A program made the position numbers and the translations under genes. From Camelus ferus (lineage: Eukaryota), in the NCBI RefSeq assembly GCF_009834535.1, contig NC_045697.1:43092001-43156000 (forward strand): a DNA stretch of 64,000 nt, in the 5' to 3' direction. Each line of letters starts with the position of its first letter. Position 1 is the first letter of the stretch. Shown here one piece after another: positions 63,801 to 64,000 of this stretch. The notes under the pieces were generated by a model, which searched no databases, was not told where the DNA came from, and was given only the letters and a program-made list of their open reading frames with translations.

Positions 63801-64000
63801 ATTATAGACTTATTACATGTTTATGTTGAGCTGTAAAGGCAAATATAAGGCATGAATAGGCAGGTAAATGTTGCATGGAACTGCGGTTTTTCCCCAAAGT
63901 TTAGAAAGATCTATTAGGATGCTAAAGGTCCAAAGTTGGCTTGTGAGCTATCAACACTCCTTAAGAAGTTACGAATTAAGCTGAAATCAAGAGATGTCTA

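Noticed and set aside
1..64000. Prokaryotic systems (CRISPR, operons, defence islands) or a vitellogenin/SCPP remnant
   Set aside because: The sequence is mammalian with no spaced repeat array, and the exon translations are Gly-X-Y-like with no resemblance to those families.

Overview
Mammalian genomic DNA, probably camelid (inferred from a vic-1-like tRNA-derived SINE and a young cetartiodactyl-type L1). I found no intact protein-coding gene. About 40% of the window is ordinary interspersed repeats (L1, L2, MIR, MaLR/ERVL/ERV1 LTRs, hAT-Charlie), including a 3.9-kb 5'-truncated L1 with a 12-bp TSD. Main observation: most non-repeat sequence from base ~1 to ~63,800 reads on the MINUS strand as heavily decayed collagen (Gly-X-Y)n coding sequence. 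There are some 50-60 segments, many with surviving AG/GT splice sites. In the best-preserved runs every third codon is Gly or one substitution from Gly, and X/Y are collagen-like (e.g. GQRGVKGPP, GQRGKAGMF, GFQGNP). Hand-summed, this is roughly 15-18 kb of collagenous exon (~5,000+ codons), open at both window edges, with no recognisable non-collagenous domain. I interpret it as the fossil of an unusually large collagen-like gene, or a tandem set of genes. MIR, L2, ERVL, L1 and SINE copies interrupt its exons, so inactivation appears ancient. Exon boundaries were read by eye and many are approximate. Notation: (G) = non-Gly codon in the Gly register.
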